Shown piece by piece: positions 13,801-27,850 of a DNA stretch of 64,000 nt. The notes under the pieces are model-generated. The model saw nothing but the letters and a program-made list of their open reading frames with translations, did not search any database and was not told the DNA's origin. The stretch spans positions 48,298,001-48,362,000 of the forward strand of contig NC_092344.1 in the NCBI RefSeq assembly GCF_963676685.1, given 5' to 3'. The position numbers and the translations under genes are program-made. Origin of the DNA: Mytilus edulis (lineage: Eukaryota). Within the stretch, counting starts at the first letter, position 1. Each line of letters begins with the position of its first letter.

Positions 13801-16800
13801 GTAAATTGCCAGAACCTTAGAAAAATGCCTTCACAGCATGTCAAGTTCGAAGTCGATTCGAGTCTAGACAAAATGCAGTTTCTCTTCAAATAATGAAAGC
13901 AGGACAAACTGCATTGCATTGTGACTTCAGCTGCATTTTAAATTAAAAGTTACCAAAGTAAACAAACTATTGGTTTATGTTACTTCAATCGAAAGAATGG
14001 AATAAAATATTAAAAGACCGGATTTTTCTGCTGTTAAAGAGACGCATAAAACTATCTCCATTCTTTTATTTGGATTTTATCGAGGTTCTGAACAGGAGAA
14101 AATAACCCCGATAAAGAACCCAGTCTCGCTCATTTGAAGTTCATGCGATTATTTTTCGATTAACGTCAAGTTGAATTACAAATGTAGGTTCCGATATTTA
14201 TGATTTTTTAGAATTGTCATTGTAAACATTAATACACTACTAACAGGTTGGAACTTTGGAACGTGTCTGTTGGTCTAGTAAAGAATATACTTCTATTAAA
14301 AGCTAGATCTATATATATGACAAAAAGCTTGTATAGTATTTATAAACATAGTACAGTACTGCAATTGTATTATATGAAAGAGACTAAATATTTTTTTTTA
14401 ATTATTTGACACATATGGTTAACATAGTAATGTAATGAGTTGGAATAAATATAAGTCTATTGCATCGCTTAAGAAAACAGTTGGTTCACAGACAAAGCTG
14501 TAATTTATTAATCTTTTGAACGGATAATAACTTTATATGATTTAACTATTCGAATCGATAATACAAAAAATCTCAATTAATCGTCCATTGTTCCTGGTAT
14601 CGATTAGAACGAAATCTGATCGATGCTTCTTCCCTAGAAACAAAAAGGCTATAGATTGCCTCGTTAACGGTTTTTCAAATATTTAAGTTTCTGAAGTACC
14701 TATTGAATTTTTGAGTAGATAAATTAAAGCCTTTTATTTTCCTCGGGGATTCTGTGTCGCACAGGAAATTGATTTTTTTGTGAAGGAATTTACATTTTGA
14801 AATTATTTTCAATGAAATTTGATTCTAATTATTGCAAATGACTAGCAGTTCGATATTTAGATTCTTCAATTATAATTCAAGGTTCATTTAAAATATGTAT
14901 TTTTCTCTCCAGTATCTTATTTTGTTTGAAGTTTTCACAGCAATTGAACGTCTATTTACATGCACGCTGCGCTTGTAAGTAAAGCAATTAACTAGACGTA
15001 CCACAGTGTCAACAAAAGAGCTTCTCAAGGTACTAGTATTCTTCATTGAAAAAAAAACCAATTGTAACATTTTTAAAAGAGATTGTATGAAGAATAGACA
15101 TTTATTCTTATATATTTGCCATAAACAATACTTAGCTTAATGAAATATAGTGCCAACTTCTAGTTTACATTAACTATATGCTTTTGAATGTTTTACATGC
15201 ACCACCAGAACACAAAGAAAAATCAATTATTCCTGAAATGTTATACATAAATAGATACTGCTTACTAGAAGAAAGAATCAACTGCACGTTTTTTTATGAA
15301 ATGCCACAAAAAAGAGATTAATTTATTTTACTTTTTTCTCAATATTATTTGACAATTATCTGATGTTTCAAGAGGTTGTAACTTTCATCAATTTCTTAAT
15401 GTTCAATACGAATTTGAGCGAGAAATTATAATAACTATTTTATTTTCTTATCATGTTAAGAACTTAAACTGACCAGTCCAAATGAAAAATTTCTAATGTA
15501 TATATATATAAAGGAAGTTATAATATGTGTTTATATTAACACTAAAAAAATAATCATTTCAACCCATTCAGTGGCGTGCACGTGGTGCAAGATAAAGTAT
15601 ACGACTCTTCCATTACACCCTTTAAATGTGGGAGCCTGGATTCTCTCTACTCGTCCCGATCGACGCACTTTGCAGCACCTATATAAATCTTCGCATGACA
15701 TGTGTGTCACTGGACGCTAAGCAAAACAATCAAAGTTAATAATTTAATATTGAATATTTGGCAACCTTGCAAACTGTTCGTTAGCAATTTCATATTTTAG
15801 TTTCAAAAGATATTTTCAAAAAGTATAAGTACATTATTAAATATTATTACTAGTGATTTAGTCATTCAAAGACATACATGTAGATTGCAATTATTTCAAT
15901 TAAATAAGTTTGTCCATTGTTTGGTTTGTTCTTGAGGGTGTTCTCAGACATCAATAGTTCGCCAGATTAAATACTTGAACGTAGTATATTTATACTTATA
16001 TACAATGCAGTCTTATACTTAATATATGTATATATATATGTCTGAATCTTACCAGGAATGTTAATATTTGAAATATTTTTTTTTTAACTTATTCGTCATG
16101 AATGATAGAATCAAAATGTCGCACAGTTCATGTATTTGTATATTTTAACATAAGTGCAGATAAAGATAAGATCTGATAATAACTGTTATAGTTTTTAGTC
16201 CAAATATTTGTTTAAGACCCTTGTGAAAACCAGTAGCTATTCTGAACATCTGTGGCGCTTTTAACTAATTTTTCTGCCTTTATCTTTTATGCAAGATTGA
16301 GACCGACATTCGAATTATAAATATTTGGCGAATACACATAATTATATAATGTGCTCTAGACTTGACCCGAGAAAGGGATTATATCATTATGGATTGATTG
16401 ACTTTAGTCCAGTGACAAATATTTCTAGGTAATGTATGTTCAGATAGAACAAAATTCAACAACTAATACAGTATGTTTCTCCTGAAATAAGAGTCTACCG
16501 GATCGAAGGACAACAAATAGTGGTTGTCACTTATAAATGGGGGTATAGGGGATAGGGACAAAAATTAAGCCTTACAAAAGGCCACCTATGGTTTTATCTC
16601 TCCCCTCTCGAGGTATCGTGTAACTGTCTTCTAAGCAAGACGGTGTCGTTTTAGCAAGGGTTTAACTGCTGATGGAAAGAAAAGCCACCATTGGATCGAG
16701 ATTAAAGAAGATGGTTTAATATTCCAATGAAATGACGGTTAGTTGCACGAGGGTTTTAGTCTTTCTTCGGTTTTTAAAAGAATAACTTTGATATGAATTT

Positions 16801-18772
16801 AAGATGGCTGAAATGAAAAAATAAATATACGCATATGTATATGTAAATAAAGTCGATTCCATATCTTAAATACTAAGTTACAACACCCTAATGTGATATC
16901 TGAGGTTTATCGTTATTCCAAATTTTATAAAAAGATGGATTAAAGTGGATTAACTACTGATATTAAATTTCAAACATTTAGCACTAACCACGGTATTTAC
17001 AAAACGAAATATTAACTGTACTCTTATTAAAGGTAAATTTTACATTTAAATTTTAGAGTGTATAAGCTAGTTAAAATGTCTCAAGTAGTCAGTGTTATCA
17101 AAGTTTGGCTAGAAATTGATCTTTACGATAAGTTTTCGTCATGTGCTCCTGGGTAGGGTCAAATACATATCTAAGTAGAAAAAAGATATACTTTTTAAAA
17201 CCACATAATTTATCGTGACTTGTGTTAAATTTCAATTCTTTTGTTTGAATGTTTTAATTTAAAATTTGTCAATTTAAAAACCTTTTGTAAGTAATGATAT
17301 TAAAATGTGCTAAATCTAAACAGTAATAGATGTTAGCAACACCGGATATATTCTAATGAGATTAAATACTCCATAGAAAATTGAAATAACATATACTTCA
17401 ACGGGTACGGTGTAGATTTATTTCTACATGTGTTGAAGTGTCTTTTGTGACTTTAAAATTTACAAATCTTTAACTGAAATGTTTTCAAAAGATTGCAATG
17501 CATGTGTTGATGAAATGTCTTGCATGTAAGGAAAATTTTAAGGTCCTCACAATATGTGTGTGTACGCAATTCATATGGGTTATACTTTAAAAACTTTATT
17601 CAAAATGAAAACTTATATGTTCATTTTCCCAACTCGTAAGTAACTACATTCTCAATTCACATGTGCGTGAGTGTGGGTTTTGATAAGTTGATTATTTGGG
17701 TTATATATTTATTACTGGTCACGGCTCTTGGTACGTAAATGATTACACGTACGTGATTTTTACCACTTTACTTGTTTAGCTACTCTACTTTTTAATTACT
17801 ACTTCTATAAAAAAAAAAATACTGACACTGTTCAACTTTTTACATGACACACACATCAGCAGCATCACTTTCAAACCTGTCTAATTAAGATATTGTGATG
17901 GAATAGATCGAACATCTTCTATTTTCATAATTGAAGGAGAGTAAAGGCAAGAAGACTCGAGTTGACCTGCGACCTTTTAAAGTCAATACTAGGGTTGTTT
18001 TGGTCTAACTGTATTGTATATATGTCATTTAGTTAAATGTCTGAAGACCATTAAGAGGAAAGACCGCATTGCAAGTGCTGCCATTTTATGATATTGAAAT
18101 ATTGGCTATTTTAACTAGTATTCCACTGTATGTATATTAAATGTAAACCTATCCCATTTGCACGCCTTAAATGACCTTGAATATTAAAAACAAATTGAAT
18201 GCGATGATTATAGCCTTAATAGATTTGTTATGTAATATCTAAAATGTAATGTATTGAACAGATTCTTATTAATGCACATTCACGTTATGTACATACACAT
18301 TAACATAACGAGCATACCAGGTATGCATAGAGAGGGCTCGTATAGTTCAAAAAAAGGTGTTTTGATAAAATGATTGAAAAATGAACATTATCTGAAAATA
18401 CTTGTTAAAAATATATTTCATAAACTAGTTGAAAATATGATGAGGTAAGGATAGTACCTCCTTTTCCATTACATTATGAGACGAGAATTTGATAACTTGA
18501 TAGCTTGATAAATTACCAAAAATATCAAAGGAACAGTATTGTTAGTTCTTCGTCTTGAAAGTTGTTGCAAAAGTTTTAAATATGAACAGAAAAGCTAACA
18601 CCTATTTGAGGACCCTGACAGTCCATTTAATGCTCACTGGTACTGTTCCATGGACTATATATAAGAAATCAATAAATTGTAGATCAAACTGTTGAAACAA
18701 TCCTACAAAAAACAGATTCGTTGTCCTAACCCAACCCCCCTCTTTTCCCCCATATAAAAATACCCTACATAC

Positions 18773-19110
18773 CTATATTGTTCCTTTTCGGCGGGTTGAC
18801 CATAAAAAGGTTTTGACCACGCTGAGTGGTATCTCTGATGCTCTCTCTGTTGCATCATAATCCTTCGTGCCTCATTGTGCCAATGTTGGTCTACTGTTTC
18901 CCAAGCCATGTTTATCCGCTTCTTAGGAGGAGGAGGTGACAATGGATTAATCCTCTGTGGTATGCGCACAAGTTCCATAGAGGTTGAGAGTTCTCTTGGA
19001 GGATAAGGTCCAAATGAATTGGTAGATAGCGATGCTGATAAAGTCCGAGGACATTTTGTTGGAACTGGCGTACTTATTGGTGATATTTTTGGCAGTGTTG
19101 TTGTAGACAT
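18773..19110 (-). CDS. exon 1 (coding part) of uncharacterised ~212-aa protein (MSTTTLPK...WSKPFYGQPAEKEQYR)
   Basis: ATG at 19110; AG|gtatgt donor at 18773/18772; 338 nt (phase 2) completes an Arg codon with the first G of exon 2; upstream ttcctcag acceptor at ~19148 implies a 5' UTR intron. Confidence 0.85.
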
Positions 19111-21392
19111 TTTGAAGTATATTTACACGAGACCCTAAGTCACAAATCTGAGGAATGAACCAAAAGATCAATTGAAATATGTACACATGTAATTCAAGTT
19201 ACGTTCTTTGATAATGTGAATTTAATACATATACGCGATCCTATAGTCAGGTAAATTTTCAAGAGTCAAATCTTAAGTTATTTATTCTATACAATTATGT
19301 CACCGCGTTTTTCACTCCACTCCCTCGAAGAAAAAAATGTTGAAATCGATGTCTGGTATCTGACGACTTTTTCAAATTATAACCTAACTTAAAAGACACT
19401 TTGTATAGTTTTACAGTCATAGAAATAATTTTCTTTCATTAGGTTCAATTATGTCATCGTTTCCTTTTCTTTTCATTCCGTACACAAATTGATTTCAGCA
19501 TGTTAAATTATGGTGTTTATATTCGGTCTTTAAAGAAGATCAGACATATTTGTTTGCAACCATTCAAGTTAAATAATGAATGTTTAATGCACTTTAATAT
19601 TATTCAAACATTGTTCGATATGATCATATAGACTATATATACATTTATATTAAATATGAATTAAAACTCAATACATATTAAAACTTAAATATCATCTGCT
19701 AGTTTAAAACGACAATGTGTAGAAATGTTTCGCGTCTATGAACAATTAAAAATACAACGAAACAAAACAAATTAATGCTCTACATACCTGTAAAAGTTAA
19801 CATATATCCAGATTTTTACATTTTTTTCAAATTATCACCATTTTCATATCTAAACTTTTTGCATGTTGAGTTTCACAGTTGGTCACATGATAATTCGTAC
19901 GTCGCTACGGAGATACGAGTAAGCCTCGTTTGTATAATTCATTCAATTGTCAAAAAGTTGATCCGTTTTAAAACGGGTAGGATTACTGTTTTTATATGTA
20001 TAGTATTTATTTAATATTTGTGGAAGGCAATTAGTGAAGCTATTCAAAAGAGAATTACCTTTTACCTGTAAAAACTTAGGTATATCATTTTACCTTTAGT
20101 TAAAAGAAAGGTTTTAAGAGATCGATATTGAAAAATCACTAACAGATATGAAGTATAAAATTGCGTGTGATCATCCAGACCTTACTAAATCAATTAGACT
20201 AATTAAATCAATTAACATAATTACGTCATGAAGGAAGGAAATAAAATACACAATTGAATGCAATTAATAAAGTTTTATGATGTAACCGCTCGCAACAATG
20301 TAAAACAAATTGAAGTTTTTTTCAAGTAAAGTTAGCTTTTATAGTCACTGAAAACATTTATTTTTCTTTCACATCTTCGATTTTTTTTAATATTTAACTG
20401 AATTTTGTTAACAACGATATCACCAATTGAATGTATGTGCATTTTCTGAACCGATCTGTATTATTCGGTTTTATTCAATTTTATTTTTTACAGAGTTTGT
20501 CTTTAGTGCCGTGTGGAGACAATAGAGTGCCTCCCCGTGCTTCAGGTTTATGCTCTTATATCATTCTAGATTTTGGAGTGTATGGAAGGACGGCTGCTGG
20601 TGCGGGAGTTTCTCGATACATTGAAAACCCATTGGTAGCGTTCGGCTGTTGTCTGTTCTATGGTAGGGTTGTTGTCTCATTGGCACATTCCCCATTTCCT
20701 GTTGTCTCTTTGACACATTCCCCATTTCCATTGTCAATTATATATATATATTTCATTATCTCGTGATTTCGTAGATCGTAAACGAAATAGAAATTTGAAC
20801 AAAGTTAGTGAACTAACCAGGAATCTTTGATGTACATGTCAGTAGTGCTTGTTTGAAGTGTTTTTTTCTTTCTGATCTTATGACGATCAGATGCTTTAAT
20901 CGTCCTGATATGCATCACATATTTGCTACTGTACATTTAAGCAAAAAAACAATCTATCAATTTAATCAATGGTTGTTCCTTTTAAGGGAACTGGTTACGA
21001 TTAAGAGAAAAATCTCATTTTCTTTTTAACACCCAGTATAACAGTAGAATATTGAAAATAAATCCGCTTTTATCAATCAGGTTTTATTTCAATTTCAATT
21101 TGTTTAAAAAGTGGAAGGAAAAACATTGCGATTGTACGTTCTTGACTTTGGTGTATTTATATCGGGTAACATGACCACTGGCATTCTTCGGAGGTCATCT
21201 CAGTGGCTTAGTTAGATAGCATCTAGTCTAACACACACACGAAATACTGATACATTAAATCGAGTCCATGGATTGCTTATTGTTTCTGTTAGACTTTTTG
21301 TAATTTGATGATACGTTTAATTATGTTATTATATTTTAAATAATATATGAATATTTGAGTAAATCACTGATTATGAATTTGGCAGTTAATAA

Positions 21393-22260
21393 GTAATACG
21401 TCAACGAGATATGAAACGGTAATACATCAACGAGATATGAAACAGTAATATACGTCAACGAGATATTTAAAAATTATAATACGTCAACGAGATTTCAAAC
21501 GGTAATACGTCAACGAGATATTAAAAATATATTACGTCAAAGAGATATCAAATGATAATACGTCAACAGGATATCAAATGATAATACGTCAACGAGAAAT
21601 CAAATGATAATACGTCAACGAGATATCAAATGATCATACGTCAACGAGATATTACATGATACTAGGCCAACGAGATATCAAATGATAATACGTCAACGAG
21701 ATATCAAATGATAATAAGTCAACGAGATATCAAACGATAATACGTCAGTGATGTCAAAAACGGTAATACGTCAGTAACATATCAGACGGTAATACGTCAG
21801 TGATATATCAAACGGTAATGCATTTATAGGATATCAAACGATCTATCAATGAGATATCAACGGTATCACGTCAACATGATATCAATCGATAATACGCCAT
21901 TGAGATACCAAAGGATAATACGCCAATAAGATATCAAACGCCAAGACGTCAATGAGATATCAAACGGTAATATTATATGTCAATAAGATGTCAAAGAATA
22001 AGACGTATAAGAAATAGCAAACGATATCATAATAAGTAAATGAGAAAGCAAACGGTTGTACTTCAAAAAGATATAAAACGTCAAGGAAACAGAAAAAGGT
22101 AGCACGTTATTCAAACATCGAACATCATACGTCAATGAGAGATCAAACTTTTTCTCGTCGATGAGGCATTAACGATTTTAAAAACGTCAATGATACAATA
22201 AACGGTACATAGGTCAATAAGACATCAGACGGACATAGGCCAATGAGATTAAAAATACAT
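21393..22260. repeat. 26-bp minisatellite (~30 copies), homogeneous at left, decaying to right
   Basis: unit taatacgtcaacgagatatcaaatga. Confidence 0.9.
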
Positions 22261-23125
22261 TACAGTATTAAATAATATCAATAAAATACATGTATGATTT
22301 CGTTATTGTTTTGAAAAAAGAATGTGCTAATTAAGGTAATTTAAGTATTGAGAGAAGTCATTGTTTAAGTGAAAAACGAACAAGTGACTCTTTTGTTTAA
22401 AAAAAAAGAACCATTGAAGGAAAACAGAAACTATTAATTAATTCAATAACCCTGTAGAATGTGAACTAAAATTAGACGTCTGAAGAAACCACGTACGTAA
22501 GTTTTGAAGAAAAAAAAATGTTGAATAGCCTTATATGATTTAAAACCATAAAACCATGCATTATTATAGTGAGACACTTTCAGCAAAACTTGCTTTTAAT
22601 TTGTTGCATAAATAGTTACCTAGTTGGTGTATCTAAGGTGTATAGAATTTTCGGGGAAAATAAAAAGATACACGTTTTGATTTATTTATACTACCTTCAT
22701 ATCACCGGTGTTCATATTTTAAGATTGGTATGCTTTCGTCAAGTTCTCGTACCAGTAATTGTTACGTGTATAATTCTAATATTAACCAGTATTTTCATGA
22801 CTTTTCATAACATCTGCCCTTTTCTAATATAAACCCATGTCAAGCACTTGAAATTATTTTAAGGTATCAAAAGAATACTAAAAGTTATTTATAAATTTCT
22901 AATTATTGGTATTGAAAAAGATGGGTATTTTTTTCAGATGAAACAACTGAGTCTTGTACATTAACTTAGTAAAGCTTAACTCAAAACATTGTAACATTTG
23001 AAAATAGCTTAATAAGATATAATAAATAGAAATGATCACGTGCAACGTTTATTTTGGTAATACATGTATGGTTCATGTTGTAAATAATATTTACAGGTAT
23101 TGAAATTAATTGCAGACTTTCTAAC

Positions 23126-24721
23126 ATGTCCACAATGAAACGTGTGCAGTTTGCTGTTTCGGATGAAATGAACCACACTGCAGCATCTATATACGGGTCT
23201 GAGTTTTGTCCAAACCATCCTACATATAAAGTCGTATCCTGGTGTTCTACACATGAAATATCAATCTGCATGGTGTGTTTCAAGTTAGATCATGCCAAAT
23301 GCAAAGGAGTTGAACCACTCGAGGAGGCAATCAAAAGTACAAATTCTAAAGCCGAGTTAAAATCTTTAAGACAACGCGTTGAAGAAACTAGAAATATCTT
23401 CAAACGCCTAGTAAAAGACAGAAATCACAATATTGATGCCCTTGAAAATCAAAAAGATGTTCTCAAAGCTGATGTTAAGACGTTCAAAGAAAGAATTTAT
23501 CAACATCTTGAAAGATTAGAATATCGGTTAGAAAAGGAGATAGATTTAGCTTTAGATCGACATAAACACAAACTTGAAGACCAGATATTTGAATACAATC
23601 AAAGGGACGGTACGTTAGCATCCCTTTATAATGATCTTATACATATAAATGAGGATTCAACTGAAAACCATACTATTTTGTTTTTGAAAGAAGCAAACGT
23701 TGTCCAAAGAAAGGAAGAAGAGTTCCTAAAAGGGGATGTAGGATCGCTTAAAAATATTAATCTGCAGTTAAAAATGGACGAAACAGTCAGAAAGGTGGTT
23801 GATGTTCCGACAATAGCAAATGTCAAAATGGTAGAAAGTTACCCAACAAACCCGCCAGACTTACAATCACTTTCGAAGGACGATAAACAAACTGAAAGCA
23901 TGCTTATCAAAGTCGAGGAATCGGTAAAAGAGTACAATATGGACAAATTTAAATTCGTTTTCGAAAGAGATATAGATATAAAACCTACATTTTCGACAAA
24001 TGCTCTGGTCCCCGAAGTAACTGGTGGCATGATTTTACCAGATGGAAGATTATTTGTTGTTGATAAGGTAAATAAACGGTTGCTAGGATACACTGCCAAA
24101 GGACAGTTAGCCAAAGAAACCTTCATGGAATATGAACCATATGCAATGACATACCTTGATGTAAATAGATTTTATCTTACAGTTCCGAGTCAACAATGCA
24201 TCGAAATTCGAGATTATGGAGCACTTCAGTATTCCGAAAAGATTGATATAAAACATCATGTTTCTGGAATTTCGTCCTACGAAGATACCATTGCTGTCGT
24301 TTGCGAAAATTTTGGCATTGCTCTTTTGGACCAAACAGGAACAATGGTGAACAAAATAGCAATGAAAGGAAACAAAGAGGGTCCATTACATCTTTTAGGG
24401 AAAACTATTTGCTACGCTGAAAGTAAGAAAGGAACCATTCATGTATTAAGCGTTTCCGGAGAAATTAAATTTACGACTACCGTAAAAGGTTTAGGATACG
24501 TCCAAGGAATAGCGGTATTACGAGACAGCAGTTTCCTCGTTTCAAGGTCAAGTCCAGGAAACAAAGTCACGTGGCATTTTTCCCCTGACGGTCACCAACA
24601 AGCATTGCGTGAAGAGTTTGAATCCTTTAAATCGCCACGTTCAATAACTTACGAAAAGAAATTAAAGAAGTTGTTTGTCGCAAATGGAGTGCGAACAATA
24701 TCAATTTTCAGAGAAGTATAG
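23126..24721 (+). CDS. RING-less TRIM-like protein: B-box zinc finger, coiled coil, C-terminal NHL-like beta-propeller (531 aa)
   Basis: CPNH..WCSTH..ICMVC...HAKC B-box pattern; heptad-rich helix; repeats such as GGMILPDGRLFVVD and PRSITY..KLFVA; long uninterrupted ORF. Confidence 0.85.
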   Translation: MSTMKRVQFAVSDEMNHTAASIYGSEFCPNHPTYKVVSWCSTHEISICMVCFKLDHAKCKGVEPLEEAIKSTNSKAELKSLRQRVEETRNIFKRLVKDRNHNIDALENQKDVLKADVKTFKERIYQHLERLEYRLEKEIDLALDRHKHKLEDQIFEYNQRDGTLASLYNDLIHINEDSTENHTILFLKEANVVQRKEEEFLKGDVGSLKNINLQLKMDETVRKVVDVPTIANVKMVESYPTNPPDLQSLSKDDKQTESMLIKVEESVKEYNMDKFKFVFERDIDIKPTFSTNALVPEVTGGMILPDGRLFVVDKVNKRLLGYTAKGQLAKETFMEYEPYAMTYLDVNRFYLTVPSQQCIEIRDYGALQYSEKIDIKHHVSGISSYEDTIAVVCENFGIALLDQTGTMVNKIAMKGNKEGPLHLLGKTICYAESKKGTIHVLSVSGEIKFTTTVKGLGYVQGIAVLRDSSFLVSRSSPGNKVTWHFSPDGHQQALREEFESFKSPRSITYEKKLKKLFVANGVRTISIFREV

Positions 24722-25533
24722 TGACGCTGAGTTATTCTGAATGATCATATGAATGAAATTCGAAAAGTAGAAGATTTGAAATTATAAAACTTTATGATGT
24801 TCATTTTGTTATAACAAAGTGTAAATGTTGGTAGCGGACTAGCTAAGTTGTCGTTGGTTCATGTCTGTAATATTTGTTTTCATGTATAAATTTTAAATAA
24901 GGTCAGTTTGCGTTCTCTTTTGAATCATGTCATTGTATTGTAGTGTACTAAGTATACGGAAAGGAAACGAGCGCTGTACGGAGATTGATGTGTTGCATGA
25001 GAACGAATTACAAAACGTATAATTATGACAGAACAGACTAGTTACTAAAAACAAAAGTGTACTGGCAATTTATGGTCTTCAAATTATCTTTATGCCATAC
25101 AAAGATCTAAATCGCACTAAAATTGTACACTTCTGCTTTTCTTTTTTTAGAATTCAATTCTTTATTTACGCACTGACATAAAATATGTGTTACATGAGGA
25201 CGAATTACAAATCAAATACAATAAAATTTAATGACAGAATAGACAGGATGCTAAAAATAAAATCAATTTACTAAATGAGAATATATATAGTTTCTGCTGT
25301 GTTTATTTTACGAAAAATCTCGAAATGTACCTCAACTAAATTTAGCCTGTGGAAATTGGAGCCTTTTCTTAATTAAATTTATCAACGAAAAATTTAAAAA
25401 GGTGTGTTATAATAAATAAAAAAAAGTAAAATCACAAAAATACCGAACTCAGGGGAAAATCAAATCGGAAATTAAAGTCTAATCACATGCTAAAAATCAA
25501 ATGACAAAACACATAAAAAACGAATGGACAACA

Positions 25534-25632
25534 ACAGTCATATTCCTGACTTGGTACAGGCATTTTCAAATGTAGAAAATGGTGGATTAAACCTGGTTTT
25601 ATAGTGCTAAACCTCTCACTTTGTACGACAGT
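25534..25632 (-). ncRNA. P5-type twister-like ribozyme within a dispersed repeat (~25425-25680)
   Basis: minus strand: actgtcgta-caaa-GTGA-GAGGT-...-TTAATCCACC-attttc..gaaaat-G-CCTG-TACCAAGT-CAGG-aa-tatgactgt; P2, P3, P4, P5 and both pseudoknots can pair. Confidence 0.7.
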
Positions 25633-26943
25633 GTCATCAAATTCGGATATATTTACAATATGATGCGTGAACTAAACAGACAGAAACTCTAGCTTAAATT
25701 GTAGGAGAGTAAGAAAGATAACTCTAAACTGTATTAATTCTATTTTAGTAGATAGCTATTTAGGGCAATAATTTTTTATTTTAAACCGTGATACTTATTT
25801 CTGATGCGTCAGACCGTTACTTGACCTAATAATAGTGTAGCCAACTCTGAAAAATGTACCTGGAACGATTTATGCTGTTCTGTTTTTTATTTTCTTTTTC
25901 TTTTTTTTTTTTATTTCGTTTTGATTTTGAGGCTGCCAGAGATTATAAATAGTTAGTAACTAAAACAATTGGTATTGTTTTTGTTTAACTGTATGGTTAT
26001 TTTCAAAAATTTGAGTTTTCTCTATTTCGGTACTATAAATTATGATTCTTCTCCGTGTATTATCCATCTCTTTAGCAGATCTAATACCCCTTCCATATAT
26101 CTTTAAATTACTCATATATAGTTGAGTGGTACGTAAGTGTAATTACTGAACGTATCTATATTTCCAAACTAAATATTTTTGAGAGTTCATACTTAAGGTA
26201 ATCTATACTGCATCCTTGTCTTTCATTTGTATCATGCAACAAGGGAAAGAACCAGTCTAGAAGTGAGTTAGCAATATGGAACGGGGACCCAATTATTTGC
26301 CCCATTGGAACGCATTGAAAATCATAGTAAATACATAGGGTCCTGTTCAATAAATAATTTTGATAGCCACCTTGGGACTTCTGGTTCATGTTAGGCATTC
26401 ATTTTGAAGTGTCTAATTACAATCTCAGTGCCTCATGACCGGCATTCCGTTGCAAAATTTTGTTTTTATTGACAACAGGGTCAGTCTGTCTACTTCCGGG
26501 AAAGAATAAAGGCTAGAATTTAGGCAATTTACTCTATGTACTGACGCCAGATTACATTTAAATCAATCAAAATTTTTACAGAAATTCAAACAAGAAAGCC
26601 TACCCTTTCAAATAAATCTACATTCAGTTACAGAACTAGTGAAATAATAACACTACACAATTTATAACAAAAGTTATATATTTTTTTTAAGAACTACATT
26701 CGTGGGTACCGGACTGGTTGCCCTAACTGGGATCCTATTCCATATACGGAAGCAGCCATCTTTGATTTGCTACAAGTATTATAATACTAGGTAATCAATT
26801 TTGCGGTATTGTTCATAGTTTTGGGTGAAAAACAAATTCAATACATTCTGATATTATGAATTTGTAAATTACAAAAAACGCATTTTTTTCATGTACTAGG
26901 TGAAATCTTTAATTTTCTGTTTACTAGACTCGGTCTTTTCGTG

Positions 26944-27850
26944 TTTATACGCCCGTCAATATTTTGACAGGACGTATTATAGTATACAAATGTCTGGCGT
27001 CCGTCTGTCCATTCGTCCGTCGTACCGTCCGTCCGTCTGTTTATCGTAAACCTTTCGCACCGTCACTTGAGAACAACTTACCCAAATTTCATGAGACTTA
27101 ACATAGTTGTATCTTATGATGGTGAAACGATCTGTATTTTTTTTGGTGAAGAAAAATTAAACTTTTTGAGTTAAGGGACTTTTTTTCACATTTCGCACCG
27201 TATATCAATTTAACGATTTATGATTATTTCTTAAAATTTTACACACTTCTTAGTTATATCAATCTAATTAAAAGATCTGTATAATTTTTGTTGATGATTC
27301 AAAATTATAATTTAGAGTTGTTGAGTTTTTTGTAAAAAATGGCGCCGTAACACGGAAACTAGAATGAAATTCAAAACAGTGTAGCTTTGGCCATTGATTG
27401 ACACATTAAATTCATCCATTGACTGGGACAATTTACGTGAACGTTTGTCTGTAACGACCACTGTTCACGACGTACCTACGATAGACATTTAAACTGGGGT
27501 CACCAAAGGTTTCTTAACGCCTTTAATTATAAAATAATTCGAAAAATTAATCAGGAATAACCTTTAGGTTTTAAACATCGTGTTATTTCTGATTAATTTT
27601 TCGAATTACTTTATTTATGTGTTGAGAACCTTTGGTGACCCCATAGTTTAAGTGTCTTTAAAAAGTACACAGTGAGCAGTGGTCGTTACATACAAACGTT
27701 CACCTAAATTGTCCCAGTCAATGGATGAATTTAATGTGTCAATCAATGGCCACAACTACACTGTTTTGAATTTCATTCTATGTATGATAATTGCATAAAA
27801 CTTTACACACAAGACGACGGGCGTAGCATGCGCTCGTGGCACAGCTGTTT
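26944..27850 (+). mobile_element. Helentron-associated (HINE/DINE-like) non-autonomous element, interrupted by a MITE
   Basis: subterminal IR tacgcccgtc (~26948) / gacgggcgta (~27816), (gtcc)n microsatellite near the 5' end, T-rich ends. Confidence 0.65.
27360..27780. mobile_element. palindromic MITE (~420 bp, TAG...CTA ends)
   Basis: long imperfect inverted repeat covering almost the whole element; no clear TSD. Confidence 0.85.

Noticed and set aside
21195-21275. tRNA-like A-box sequence
   Set aside because: No cloverleaf or intact B-box; at most a SINE relic
21393-22260. CRISPR-like appearance of short regular repeats (also 34300-35155)
   Set aside because: No unique spacers, no cas genes, eukaryotic context
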